Source of the DNA: Gammaproteobacteria bacterium
Lineage (GTDB): Bacteria > Pseudomonadota > Gammaproteobacteria > GCA-001735895
Assembly (NCBI GenBank): GCA_050288105.1
Contig: JBNKDE010000015.1
Location: forward strand, 27,496-91,495
DNA length: 64,000 nt
Reading direction: 5' to 3'
Shown here: positions 18,832 through 28,571 of the stretch, piece after piece
How positions within the stretch are numbered: position 1 is the stretch's first letter
Layout: every line of letters starts with the position of its first letter
Position numbers and translations under genes: made by a program
The notes under the pieces: model-generated
What the model saw: only the letters and a program-made list of their open reading frames with translations
What the model was told of the DNA's origin: nothing
Databases searched by the model: none

Positions 18832-19809
18832 CTAATCAAATTTAAATTCACCCACCGCCGCTTCGCAGCCCTGCCAGTTGATTTCAATGTTATGCGGGTC
18901 GAATAGCTCATCTTCAGGCGTTAGGCGTTCCGGAAAGCCGGACCAGAGTTGAGGGCCGTAAAAATCGCCTGATTGGGCATCTTTATCCATACAGCCGCGG
19001 ATAATGCCCAAAGCCCCGTCTTCAGCGGTTTGTGCATTTTCCATAATGGGGCTGTTCACATCCATGCCGCCAGTGTTTGCAGTGGTAAAGCGTAAATTCG
19101 TTAAAGCAAGGCCGGGGTGAGCTAACAGTACTTTAATATGCCCAATATGCTGTTGTTCCAGTTTTTGCTTCAGGCCATAGGTAAACGCGCAATTAGCAAG
19201 TTTTGTCTGGTGGTAACGCGCCCAGCGTGGACCAGAAAAGCTGCTGTTCTCTTCTTCTGTACCATCCCCACCTAGATCACCCCCTCGTTTTTCAAAGTAT
19301 TTCATCTCCAGTGGATCACCGATGCGCGCCATAGAGGAATGGTTGACCACTCGACCCTCATGGCTGTTCTTTAATAGAGGAAACAGGCCTTTTGTTAATA
19401 AAAAGTGAGAAAGGCAGTTGGTTTGCATCTGGATATCGTAACCATCTTTAGTGGCGCGGTCTTCCAAAGCCATCACGCCCGCGTTATTGCATAAAACATC
19501 GATCACATCGAAGTTTGAGCTTATTTCATCGATAGCACTGCGCACGCTTGCAAAGTCCTGCAGATCACAGTTGATGCTGTGAAATTTTCCTGTTGGGACT
19601 GCTTCCTTTAACTGTTTGGTTGCGGCTGTAGAACGATCACTTGCCCGATTTAACAGCAGTACTGTTGCGCCCAGGCGGGCAACCTCTCTGGCACAGACGA
19701 ACCCTGTTCCGCTGGTCGTTCCTGTAATCGCCACAACCTTGTTGGTCATGTCCTGCGTATGGTTTTTAATAACCGTATCCAGATGGCGTGTTTTGATGGC
19801 GCTGGTCAT
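18832..19809 (-). CDS. SDR-family NAD(P)-dependent oxidoreductase (retinol dehydrogenase/WWOX-like)
   Basis: ITGTTSGTG, NNAGVM, NHSS, YHQTK (YxxxK), AHPG. Start at ATG 19809. Confidence 0.9.
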   Translation of the reverse strand: MTSAIKTRHLDTVIKNHTQDMTNKVVAITGTTSGTGFVCAREVARLGATVLLLNRASDRSTAATKQLKEAVPTGKFHSINCDLQDFASVRSAIDEISSNFDVIDVLCNNAGVMALEDRATKDGYDIQMQTNCLSHFLLTKGLFPLLKNSHEGRVVNHSSMARIGDPLEMKYFEKRGGDLGGDGTEEENSSFSGPRWARYHQTKLANCAFTYGLKQKLEQQHIGHIKVLLAHPGLALTNLRFTTANTGGMDVNSPIMENAQTAEDGALGIIRGCMDKDAQSGDFYGPQLWSGFPERLTPEDELFDPHNIEINWQGCEAAVGEFKFD

Positions 19810-19988
19810 ATTTAGAGTCCCCCGGTGAATGTTTATGATTCCATGAGCGGGATCATTCCATAACAAGTCCGGTGGATGAACACATAAAACTGTATATTAC
19901 TTGCACAAAACTCTACAGCTGTAGATAAATAGATATGCACAATGCTAATATTTTTGCATCTAACGAGAGATTAAAACGGGATAAAGGT

Positions 19989-20888
19989 ATGGCGGTTTCA
20001 CTCCGTGGTATGCAGGAGTTCAAAAGCTTACTGGAGAAGTATTCACCACAAGAGGGGGGTAATTCGACTCTGGTACCAAATTTGATGACCTGGAAAATGT
20101 CTGAGCCCTACAGACTGCTGCCACAGGTTTATGACCCCTGTATTTTTATCGGGGCTCAGGGTAAAAAGAATATCTATCTTGACGGTCAGTGCTACAACTA
20201 CAACCCCGGTAATATCATGGCGCTGTTTGCACCTATGCCTGTGGAGTGTGAACTGATTGAAGCGAGTGAGGAAAATCCGCTGCTGGTCGCAATGATTCGT
20301 ATAGATCTCAAACGAATCTCGCAGATTATTTTAAAAATGAAGCAGGTGGCAGCAAAAACCAATGGTCAGGATGGCCCACAAAACGTTTCAGGTATTTTTT
20401 CAGCACCTCTCAGGCAACGTTTACTGGATGTCATCATCCGATTACTGAAAACACTGGATGACCCCAATGAAGCAGCGATTCTAGGCGAGTCGATGATTGA
20501 TGAAATCTATTTTCGCCTGCTAAATGACGAACAGGGCGGCATGCTAAAATATCATCTTCAACAACGCGGGCAAATCAGTGAGATTTTAAGGTCGGTGGAG
20601 TATCTTCATCAGAATCTGGATAAAAGTGTTTCCATCGATGATCTGGCAGAATATGTCAATATGAGTAGCTCAGGGTTTCACAAAAAATTCAAGCAGGTCA
20701 TGCACCTGTCACCGCTACAGTTTGCAAAGTCGATAAAGCTGAATAAAGCACAAAGCTATATCATGCAGGGGAAAAACGTCAGTGAAGCGGGGTTTATGGT
20801 GGGTTACAATAGCGCTGCGCAGTTCAGTCGGGAATATAAGCGTTTTTTTGGAGTACCACCTTCTTCAACTGCCAGGCAGCCTTTTTAA
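19989..20888 (+). CDS. AraC-family transcriptional regulator (AraC_N/YqhC type)
   Basis: QGKK..LDG...Y N-terminal domain; C-terminal double HTH MSSSGFHKKFK...VGYNSAAQFSREYKRFFG; divergent from the SDR gene. Confidence 0.9.
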   Translation: MAVSLRGMQEFKSLLEKYSPQEGGNSTLVPNLMTWKMSEPYRLLPQVYDPCIFIGAQGKKNIYLDGQCYNYNPGNIMALFAPMPVECELIEASEENPLLVAMIRIDLKRISQIILKMKQVAAKTNGQDGPQNVSGIFSAPLRQRLLDVIIRLLKTLDDPNEAAILGESMIDEIYFRLLNDEQGGMLKYHLQQRGQISEILRSVEYLHQNLDKSVSIDDLAEYVNMSSSGFHKKFKQVMHLSPLQFAKSIKLNKAQSYIMQGKNVSEAGFMVGYNSAAQFSREYKRFFGVPPSSTARQPF

Positions 20889-21024
20889 TTGATTGCGGCG
20901 GCAGAAAACGAATATCGTACTGCTCGTTTGTTGCTGCGCATTTCCAGGGTATCACTAAACAGGGCGGACGGGCCGGGTCTGAACCTGAAACGGGATTATT
21001 CAGTAGTGTCTTGATTTAATAAAA

Positions 21025-22902
21025 ATGGGTACTCAAAAATCTTATTCGCCATTTCTTTTTTTGTTGTGCTGCAGCTTCTTTATACTTTTGGGTATCTCGA
21101 AGCTGGCCTCGGCTTCAGTCGCGCCAAAGGTGTCAGATTTTACACAGAGAGTTGCGCTACAGCATGATTTAAGCTGGTACCACGATGCTTCCGGCGATAG
21201 GACGATTGAGCAGGTAGTGCAGGTTAAAGAGCAATTTCGTGGAGCCGATGGACGCATCAGTTTTCCGCGTACCCATGGGGCTTACTGGTTTTACTTTAAG
21301 ATTGATGTAAGCGCGGCTTCTAACTCAGGCTACAGCTATCTTCTGGAGCTTGCATTTAGTCAGCTTGATCGGGTCGATCTATTTTGTCGCTGTGGCAATC
21401 TTTCCTGGCAACATCAGGTGGCGGGCGATACGCTGGCGGGCCCGGGTGCAAACATTGATTATCGTTTTCCACTCTTTGAGTTACCCCTGTCAGCTGTTGT
21501 TGATAATGAAATCCTGATTCGTGTACAAAGCAACACGGCGATTGTTGTACCCGTGTATCTTTGGGAGCGTGGCGCTTTCGAACAGCATACCCAGTTACAG
21601 CAACTCCTAAGTGGACTGTATTACGGCATTTTGCTGGCATTGGTGCTGTATAATCTTTTTCTTTTCCCAACCGTGCGCGATACAGCCTATCTCTGGTTTG
21701 CCTTTTATCTCGGCATGTTCGCATTATTCCATTTTGCTTTTGAAGGCTATGCGCGCCTTTATCTTTGGCCTGATTCTCCGCTATTTGCGGATCGCGCGGT
21801 GACCCTGTTTATCTGGTTGACGATGGCTGCGGGTTTGCGCTTCACCCAGTTGATTGCACTCAGTGTACAATACGCACCACGCCTGCATCGTCTGTTTTCA
21901 CTGCTGTTTTATCTGGCGTTGGTAGCGGCTTTGATAAGCGCTGTTTTTGGTCCGTCTATGCTGTTCTTTCTACTTGGTCCTTTTGGTGCGTTGGTGGCGG
22001 TGGCGATCCCATTGCCGCTCCTCATTGCCTGGCGTGCTGGCTACCGGGCGGTACGCTTTGCACTGATCGCATTTATTCCGATACTGCCGGGTGCGATACT
22101 GATCGCTGCGCGCAGCGCCAACCTGATTGAAGCGTCCTATCTGACCGAAAATCTGTTCAGCCTGGGCACCGCTTTGGGTTCTCTGTTGTTGTCTTTCGCA
22201 CTGGCTGACCGGATAAATCTGTTACGTGAAGATAAACTCAAGGTGCAGCAGCAGTTGTTACTGGCAACTACAAAAGCAGACCAGGCACGACGCCAGTTTT
22301 CACGCCGCCTGATTGAAACCCAGGATGAGCAGCGCCGTTTAATTGCTGCTGATTTACACGATGGGGTAAATCAGAACCTGTCGCTGCTGGCCAATACCAT
22401 GCATGCGCTCGAAAAGCATGCTGATGCTGAGACCTTACACACAGCTCAACAACTGGTGCATGAATCTCTGGATGAGATCAGGGCGATATCCCACCAATTG
22501 CATCCGCATATACTTGACCAGATCGGCCTGGGTTCGGCGCTTGAAGCAATTGTCGAGCGCATTAATCAGCAGGGCAGAATGCATTGCGAATTAAACATCG
22601 ACTCATGTATTGATCAGCTACCTGCAGCCACCCGACTGCATCTATATCGAATTATCCAGGAGGCATTGAATAATGCGCTAAAGCATAGCCAGGCTGATCA
22701 GGTCTGGATCGATATGATCTGTAGTGCTGGTAAGTTGAAGCTGAGCATCCGTGATAACGGTATCGGCCTGATGCCTGGAAAGCATAGCAGCGGTCTGGGG
22801 CTGGAAAGTATCCGTGAGCGCGTGGAAGTATTGCAAGGTGTGGTGCAGTTTGCAGAAAATTCACCCTCAGGTGCTAGTATTCAGGTCGAGATTGCGCTGT
22901 AA
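21025..22902 (+). CDS. 7TM-DISM sensor histidine kinase (HisKA_3/NarX type)
   Basis: Periplasmic DISMED2 (YWF...LLEL..SQLDRVDL...GD); 7 TM (YYGILLALVLYNLFLF...LLLSFALADRI); H-box IAADLHDGVNQ; QEALNNALKHS, DNGIG, GLGL. Confidence 0.88.
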   Translation: MGTQKSYSPFLFLLCCSFFILLGISKLASASVAPKVSDFTQRVALQHDLSWYHDASGDRTIEQVVQVKEQFRGADGRISFPRTHGAYWFYFKIDVSAASNSGYSYLLELAFSQLDRVDLFCRCGNLSWQHQVAGDTLAGPGANIDYRFPLFELPLSAVVDNEILIRVQSNTAIVVPVYLWERGAFEQHTQLQQLLSGLYYGILLALVLYNLFLFPTVRDTAYLWFAFYLGMFALFHFAFEGYARLYLWPDSPLFADRAVTLFIWLTMAAGLRFTQLIALSVQYAPRLHRLFSLLFYLALVAALISAVFGPSMLFFLLGPFGALVAVAIPLPLLIAWRAGYRAVRFALIAFIPILPGAILIAARSANLIEASYLTENLFSLGTALGSLLLSFALADRINLLREDKLKVQQQLLLATTKADQARRQFSRRLIETQDEQRRLIAADLHDGVNQNLSLLANTMHALEKHADAETLHTAQQLVHESLDEIRAISHQLHPHILDQIGLGSALEAIVERINQQGRMHCELNIDSCIDQLPAATRLHLYRIIQEALNNALKHSQADQVWIDMICSAGKLKLSIRDNGIGLMPGKHSSGLGLESIRERVEVLQGVVQFAENSPSGASIQVEIAL

Positions 22903-22916
22903 GATAGAACGGAAGT

Positions 22917-23528
22917 ATGAAACAGACTGTGTTGATCGCGGATGATCATCCGATATTTCGTGTGGGGCTGCGACATATCCTGCAACAGGAAAATAATTAC
23001 GAGTGTTATGAGGTCGGTGATGGTGCCCAGGCCATTGATTTTATTCTGCAGCACCAGCCCGATATAGTCATCGTTGATATCAATATGCCGGTGGCCGGAG
23101 GCCTGGAAGTGATCGAGAAAACCATCGGCTCGTCAACCCAAACCCTGTTTAGTGTACTTACCGTGTATGATGATTATCATCTGATGGAACGCGCATTTGA
23201 CCTGGGTGCTGCCGCCTATCTTTTGAAAGAAGACGCTGAAACTGAGCTGCTCAACTGTTTGCAAAGTATCACTCGTAAGCAGCGTTACCTGAGTGGATCA
23301 ATGGCGCGTATTTCAAAGCGTGCTGTTTCACTCAACAGTATCGATAAACTCACCCCGTCTGAACAACGCATTTTCGATCTGGTTGGGCAGTTTAAAACCA
23401 GTCGGGAGATCGCCAGGGATTTGAATATCAGCATTCGTACCGTGCAAAATCATCGTAACAATATTACCCAGAAGCTCGGTCTGCAGGGTAACAATGCCCT
23501 GCTGCATTATGCAGCACGCTTGCGCTGA
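22917..23528 (+). CDS. NarL/FixJ-family response regulator (REC + LuxR HTH)
   Basis: IADDHP, VDINMP, YLLK; LTPSE...EIARDLNISIRTVQNHRNNITQKL. Confidence 0.93.
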   Translation: MKQTVLIADDHPIFRVGLRHILQQENNYECYEVGDGAQAIDFILQHQPDIVIVDINMPVAGGLEVIEKTIGSSTQTLFSVLTVYDDYHLMERAFDLGAAAYLLKEDAETELLNCLQSITRKQRYLSGSMARISKRAVSLNSIDKLTPSEQRIFDLVGQFKTSREIARDLNISIRTVQNHRNNITQKLGLQGNNALLHYAARLR

Positions 23529-23589
23529 TAATCCTGCCTGAGTCTGATTACCTCTCCTGATCTGACCTAAGTCAAATAGCGTTGTTAAC

Positions 23590-23605
23590 TGAGTAGTTCT
23601 ACTCA
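23590..23605. promoter_or_regulatory. Perfect 7-2-7 inverted repeat TGAGTAG-tt-CTACTCA, candidate NarL-family operator
   Basis: Directly visible 56 bp upstream of the lipoprotein ATG; the 7-2-7 geometry is typical of NarL-family sites. Confidence 0.65.
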
Positions 23606-23661
23606 TGCCGTGAACCCGCTTTCACGCTAGTTTTAGCCGGTGCAGTCTTCTGGAGTTAGTC

Positions 23662-26600
23662 ATGTTTAAGATTTTCGGGCAATGGGCTTTACAGGTAGTT
23701 ATCGCGGTTGTACTGGTTGCCTGCGGTGGGGGTGGAGGCAGTACAGGTAGTGAAGTGCCTGGCCCAACGAGCCAAAGCCTGGCTGATTTTTCAATTATTC
23801 ATTTTTCTAGTCTAATTGGTGAAAGTCGCCTTGATTATTCACTGGTTCCTGCTGAAGAGACTGTCATCAATACGGCTGATTTAAAATCAGCAGAAATTCA
23901 GATTCAATTGGAGTACTCTGATAAAACTATCAGGGTTTCTCCTTCAGCAGTATCAATAGAAAATCAGACTGTCACTTTCAGAGCTCCCGGAAATGTCCAG
24001 CAGGGTCAGTTATCTCTGGTTACGGGGAATGCTGGCACCTCAAAAATTCAGTACCGTGTAATAGAAGAGAACACGCCGAGGTTAATTGATAGTCAACCTG
24101 TCTCAGTAACGCCTGGTAACCTGGTCACAGTAACAGGTGCTAATCTTCCAGAGATACCATTAAATCTTGTGTTTGATTCACGGGTTCCAGCGGTTTCAAT
24201 TAATGTTACTCCGGTAAATAACTCATTTACTTTTACCGTACCTCCTGATCTCGCGACTGGGGAATTTTATTTAGAGTTAGCGCAGTATCAAACTAATAAA
24301 CTGTACCTTTCAGTAAAAAGAAACGTCAATGCTAATATTGCGTTGCCTGACAACTTGTTAACAGAAGTTGGTGATATAAGCGTTGTGGTAGACGGCGAGG
24401 AATATACTGTCGATGCAAATTTATCTGTTTCTTTCCCGGTTGAAAATAACTCTCCAGAAATTGTTCATGTGTTTGCAGATAAAGACGATGTATCTTCAGT
24501 GCTTTTCAGTAGTGTTGTTTTACCTGGTGGGTCAGCAGCTGTCATTTTTGATCCAAAATCGACCGCAATAGCCTGGACCATGATGGGACTTTTAACTACA
24601 GGGAACCTTAGTGATGCAGAGTATAGCGATCTGTATACACAGCTACAGAGTAATGCAAAAGTCCAGCTTCTGGCAGATCATATCACTTATCTGCAGGAAC
24701 AAAATTCAGGGCAATGGCTAAACCTGAATGATACGGTTCTTATACAGAAATTTCGTGATATTGCCGAAGATCTGATGCAAACCAGCGCGGCGAAGATAGC
24801 TGGTAAAATTAGCCAAAAGACGACAGTTTCTAATTCATTTATCACGATTTCTCAGGATCCTGTAAATGCCCAAATTTACGTTGATGATTACGACTATTCA
24901 TTACTTTCTTTTAACAAGCATTTAATTAATGGCAGCGTTTCTATTGTAAACGATACACAGATGTATTTGAGTGTAGAGGCGAGGTCTGCAGCTGATAACT
25001 CGATAGTCAATGGTTATCGACACAATTTTGATGTTTTGCATTCTGACTCCAAGACTTTGGTTGGGCCGAAAGGTTGGGGGCTGTTATCCATAGCAAGTTC
25101 TAAAGAAATTGAACTGGAAGGTGAAGATGCGCACATCGAGATTGTAACCGGAGCCAGCATGGGTGAAACGGATCAGTATCAATTGCATCGTAAACTGAGA
25201 GCCAAGCTATTGTTAGACGGTGTGTTTGTTCCTTTAACTAATTCATTTCTCAATATACTGATTGACTTGAACGTGCCGAAGACTACCTTACGACATTCGG
25301 TTTACGATCTTATGAACAGTATTTACGGCTCTGGCTTTATCACGGATTTGGCAGGATATTATGAGAGTGACCAATATTCCCTATCTGGTATGGTCAATGT
25401 TTTTTTTATTAACCCCTTGTCCAGTTCTCTAAGCGGCTGCTGGAGTGTTCCTGTACGAGAAGGTTGTACCAAGTTGATTACCGGATTCGCCTTTGTATTG
25501 GAACGTTATGGCCCGTTAAAAAACGCCAGGATTTCAGATTTGGTGAGTCTGCTGCTTACAGAACTCAAGATAAAATTGATAAGCAAAGCTGTTGCCGTAT
25601 CTACTGGTCTTGGTGTCATTATTGAGGCTTTTGATAAAAGTGAAACTTTGCTTTATGCCGCTGCCGATGGAGTAACGATAACTGAGTCTCTTATTGATTT
25701 AGCTACTAATCCAAAAGAGATGAATGTAAACGTCGAATTTGCACTGGATATCGAAGATGTTAGTCCTACATGTATAGGTGTAAATCCTCAGGATAATTAT
25801 AACTTCGTACTGGATATTGAAGGAGAAGGTTTTTCTGCTGTTGATGGTTTGACTCCTTCTGTCTACCTGGGTACTGGGTATGCTGAAACACCATTAGCTT
25901 CAGTCTCTTCTTCTAACAATGGTACTTTGTTATCAGCTGTAGACGATCCGAATAAATTTATCACCACGGGAAGTGATTCTTATAATTTATATGTTGAATA
26001 TAACCCAAATCTTTTCGCTCAATATAACGAATTAATACAGTTTATCGACATTACTGATGATGTGGTTTACCTGGATAGCATAGAACCATCAAAAGGTAAT
26101 ATAGGTAACGAGGTTTCATTAAAAGGCTGCGGCTGGATTCCGCTAGAAGATATCAATGTTCATTTCAAGTCAGCTAATGGAGAAGTGTTAGCCAGTGATA
26201 TTGTTAGTCGATCAATTGATGAAATTAAGGTCAAGGTGCCAGATGAAGCTGTAAGTGGAATGGTTTATGTCACGGCGGGAAATAAAACTACCACTAAAGC
26301 ATTTTTTGAGGTTGAAAATTTCAGTTTGAAAACTCCAGATTCGCTACGTATTTTATCAGGCGAGGATATCGTGCTTGGGGGAAGAGGGCTTGACGAGACC
26401 AGTGCCGTGTATTTTACGGATCACTCTGGCAACTCGATTAAAGCGATACTCGGAGGAGTCACGGCTAATTCTATTAATGTGACCGTCCCCGAAGGATTGA
26501 TACCAGGGGTGATTACTGTGTATGCCGTACGGCCTGATGGGAAGATGACTAATGAGATTGAGCTGGTGATTTCGCCATCTCTGGTCACAGCTGCTCCAGA

Positions 26601-27300
26601 GGAAACAGCGTTTGAAAACAGTATTCAGGTAACGTTAAATCAATCTGAGGGTTACGATATTTATTATCGAATCGAAGAGGCTCCTTATGAAAGTTATACT
26701 GGCCCCATTACGCTAAATGCAGGTGAGGCAGTGTATGCTTATTTTTCAATCTATGCCTTTGCTCGGATTGAAGTTGGTGGCATTAACTATGATTCTGCCG
26801 AAAGTGAGTTCAGATATACACCTTGCCAGCAGGGTGAACATGTTAATAATGGTGCCTGTGTAAGCGATACCCCACCTCCTGCTGGCCCACAAAGTTGCCC
26901 GCTCTTTTATGATTTGAATATAGACCCTGATGGAGACTATGCATTCAAAATTTTGACTGCCGATAAAGACCATGATGGATTTTTTGAAGACTATACGTAT
27001 TGCACCTATTTTTATTCAACAGGCCACCTAACACTGGAAAGCTTTTATATTGATTCAGTTAGACAGGGGCTACAGACAATATATTTTGATACGGGTGTTA
27101 TCCATAATGAAGATCCCTATGACAATGGGCTTCTCAATGGAGTGAAAAAGACCTACTACGAATCTGGGCTAATTGAGTTTGAAACCGAATACATGGATGG
27201 GCTAAAACATGGCCAGGAAAAACAGTATTACAATATTAGCGGAACGGTTGTTTATTGCGATTTATATGAATATGGTGTTTATGTTGGAAGCTGTGGGTAG
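23662..27300 (+). CDS. Large (1212 aa) predicted lipoprotein with IPT/TIG-like domains, FN3-associated (CHB_HEX_C-like) domain and C-terminal MORN-variant repeats
   Basis: Lipobox LVAC + GGGGGS linker; IPT-like segments (PGNLVTVTGANL, SIEPSKGNIGNEVSLKGCG, DEIKVKVPDEAVSG); IYYRI...YTGPITL; repeated Y-x-x-G...Y.DG...G units at the C-terminus. Confidence 0.7.
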   Translation: MFKIFGQWALQVVIAVVLVACGGGGGSTGSEVPGPTSQSLADFSIIHFSSLIGESRLDYSLVPAEETVINTADLKSAEIQIQLEYSDKTIRVSPSAVSIENQTVTFRAPGNVQQGQLSLVTGNAGTSKIQYRVIEENTPRLIDSQPVSVTPGNLVTVTGANLPEIPLNLVFDSRVPAVSINVTPVNNSFTFTVPPDLATGEFYLELAQYQTNKLYLSVKRNVNANIALPDNLLTEVGDISVVVDGEEYTVDANLSVSFPVENNSPEIVHVFADKDDVSSVLFSSVVLPGGSAAVIFDPKSTAIAWTMMGLLTTGNLSDAEYSDLYTQLQSNAKVQLLADHITYLQEQNSGQWLNLNDTVLIQKFRDIAEDLMQTSAAKIAGKISQKTTVSNSFITISQDPVNAQIYVDDYDYSLLSFNKHLINGSVSIVNDTQMYLSVEARSAADNSIVNGYRHNFDVLHSDSKTLVGPKGWGLLSIASSKEIELEGEDAHIEIVTGASMGETDQYQLHRKLRAKLLLDGVFVPLTNSFLNILIDLNVPKTTLRHSVYDLMNSIYGSGFITDLAGYYESDQYSLSGMVNVFFINPLSSSLSGCWSVPVREGCTKLITGFAFVLERYGPLKNARISDLVSLLLTELKIKLISKAVAVSTGLGVIIEAFDKSETLLYAAADGVTITESLIDLATNPKEMNVNVEFALDIEDVSPTCIGVNPQDNYNFVLDIEGEGFSAVDGLTPSVYLGTGYAETPLASVSSSNNGTLLSAVDDPNKFITTGSDSYNLYVEYNPNLFAQYNELIQFIDITDDVVYLDSIEPSKGNIGNEVSLKGCGWIPLEDINVHFKSANGEVLASDIVSRSIDEIKVKVPDEAVSGMVYVTAGNKTTTKAFFEVENFSLKTPDSLRILSGEDIVLGGRGLDETSAVYFTDHSGNSIKAILGGVTANSINVTVPEGLIPGVITVYAVRPDGKMTNEIELVISPSLVTAAPEETAFENSIQVTLNQSEGYDIYYRIEEAPYESYTGPITLNAGEAVYAYFSIYAFARIEVGGINYDSAESEFRYTPCQQGEHVNNGACVSDTPPPAGPQSCPLFYDLNIDPDGDYAFKILTADKDHDGFFEDYTYCTYFYSTGHLTLESFYIDSVRQGLQTIYFDTGVIHNEDPYDNGLLNGVKKTYYESGLIEFETEYMDGLKHGQEKQYYNISGTVVYCDLYEYGVYVGSCG

Positions 27301-27500
27301 GCTACATGGTGATCTAGCACAATATATAATTCGCGGTATTCAATAAATTTAGGGGCAGGTTAAATTTCCCCCGTTTTAGTGGGTACGTACAATCAGGGTA
27401 AAAGCTCGGGGGTATCCCATTCATACAAGACGCAGACGCAATAAAATATTGGTTCAATGCATGGGTATCTTAGTTAATCCCTTAGTTCCGATTAATAGAT

Positions 27501-27531
27501 AAAAAACCCCTGCCTCGACAGCAGGGGTTTT
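27501..27531. terminator. Bidirectional rho-independent terminator
   Basis: AAAAAACCCCTGC-ctcgaca-GCAGGGGTTTT between convergent genes. Confidence 0.85.
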
Positions 27532-27570
27532 ATTAGTATCAAATGGTGATAACGCCTGTTATCAGGATTC

Positions 27571-28059
27571 TTAGCTTTGCGGGAGAATCACTGTGTCAAT
27601 AACATGGATAACGCCATTATCAGTTTCGATATTCGCTTTAATCACTTTGGCCCCATCTACCGATACACCGGACATGCCGTTAATATACACTTCGGTACCC
27701 TGTACTGTGGCGACGTTTAACTGCTTAAGGTTTACATCAGACGACATCACCTTACCTGGCAGCACATGGTAGGTTAAGATAGAAACCAGTTGATCGCGGT
27801 TTTCCGGCTTGAGCAGGTTCTCTACTGTACCTGCAGGCAGAGCAGCGAACGCTTCGTCAGTTGGTGCAAATACCGTGAAAGGGCCATCTCCTTTCAGTGT
27901 GTCTACCAGACCAGCAGCCTTGACTGCGGTTACCAGCGTATTGAAACTTCCGGCGGATACTGCCGTGTCAACGATGTCTGCAGCGGAAACGGTTGAAACG
28001 CTTCCGAATGTCAGTAATGAGCCGAGGATAGTCGCCTTGATGCTTTTAGAAATATTCAT
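27571..28059 (-). CDS. Secreted fasciclin (FAS1) domain protein
   Basis: Signal peptide; [35 protein letters not shown]. Confidence 0.95.
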   Translation of the reverse strand: MNISKSIKATILGSLLTFGSVSTVSAADIVDTAVSAGSFNTLVTAVKAAGLVDTLKGDGPFTVFAPTDEAFAALPAGTVENLLKPENRDQLVSILTYHVLPGKVMSSDVNLKQLNVATVQGTEVYINGMSGVSVDGAKVIKANIETDNGVIHVIDTVILPQS

Positions 28060-28571
28060 AACAAACTCCGATTGATGATTTAATGGTTAAAAAACAGGGG
28101 GCAGATATAGTGCCCTTCTCGAACTTTTATTCCGCTTCCATTCGAGACAGTTGCATCCTATCGCTGGTGTTGTGAAGACTCTGTGTTTTCGAAATCAAGA
28201 AATTGTGAAAATTGGAAATTAAATCATGTGAAGTATCGTCGTTCGGATGGGAAAGCCCGAAATTGATGAGGGCTTTCGTCTAATAATTTCTGGATATCAT
28301 TAAGCAGAAGAACAAACAGGATGCGAAGCAAGACAGTAAGGGGTGTTGGACAGGTCTTTCTTGAATTTACCGCCTTTCAGGAAAGGTCAGTCCAACTTCT
28401 TAGACGACAACTTGAAATCGTTAGTTAAGAAAATGTAACGCATGCCGGGTCCGTAGCGGTAATGCTGCCTTTACTTCAAGTTGTGAAGAACAGACATCTA
28501 TTTTTTTGCTGTCGATAGATCTGCTATTACTGAGCCTCCCGTAACTGAACAACAAGGCGGCTTTGATCGAT

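Noticed and set aside
26990-27300. Possible diversity-generating retroelement target (Tyr/Asn-rich C-terminus)
   Set aside because: No template repeat or reverse transcriptase is visible; the pattern is explained by MORN-variant repeats.
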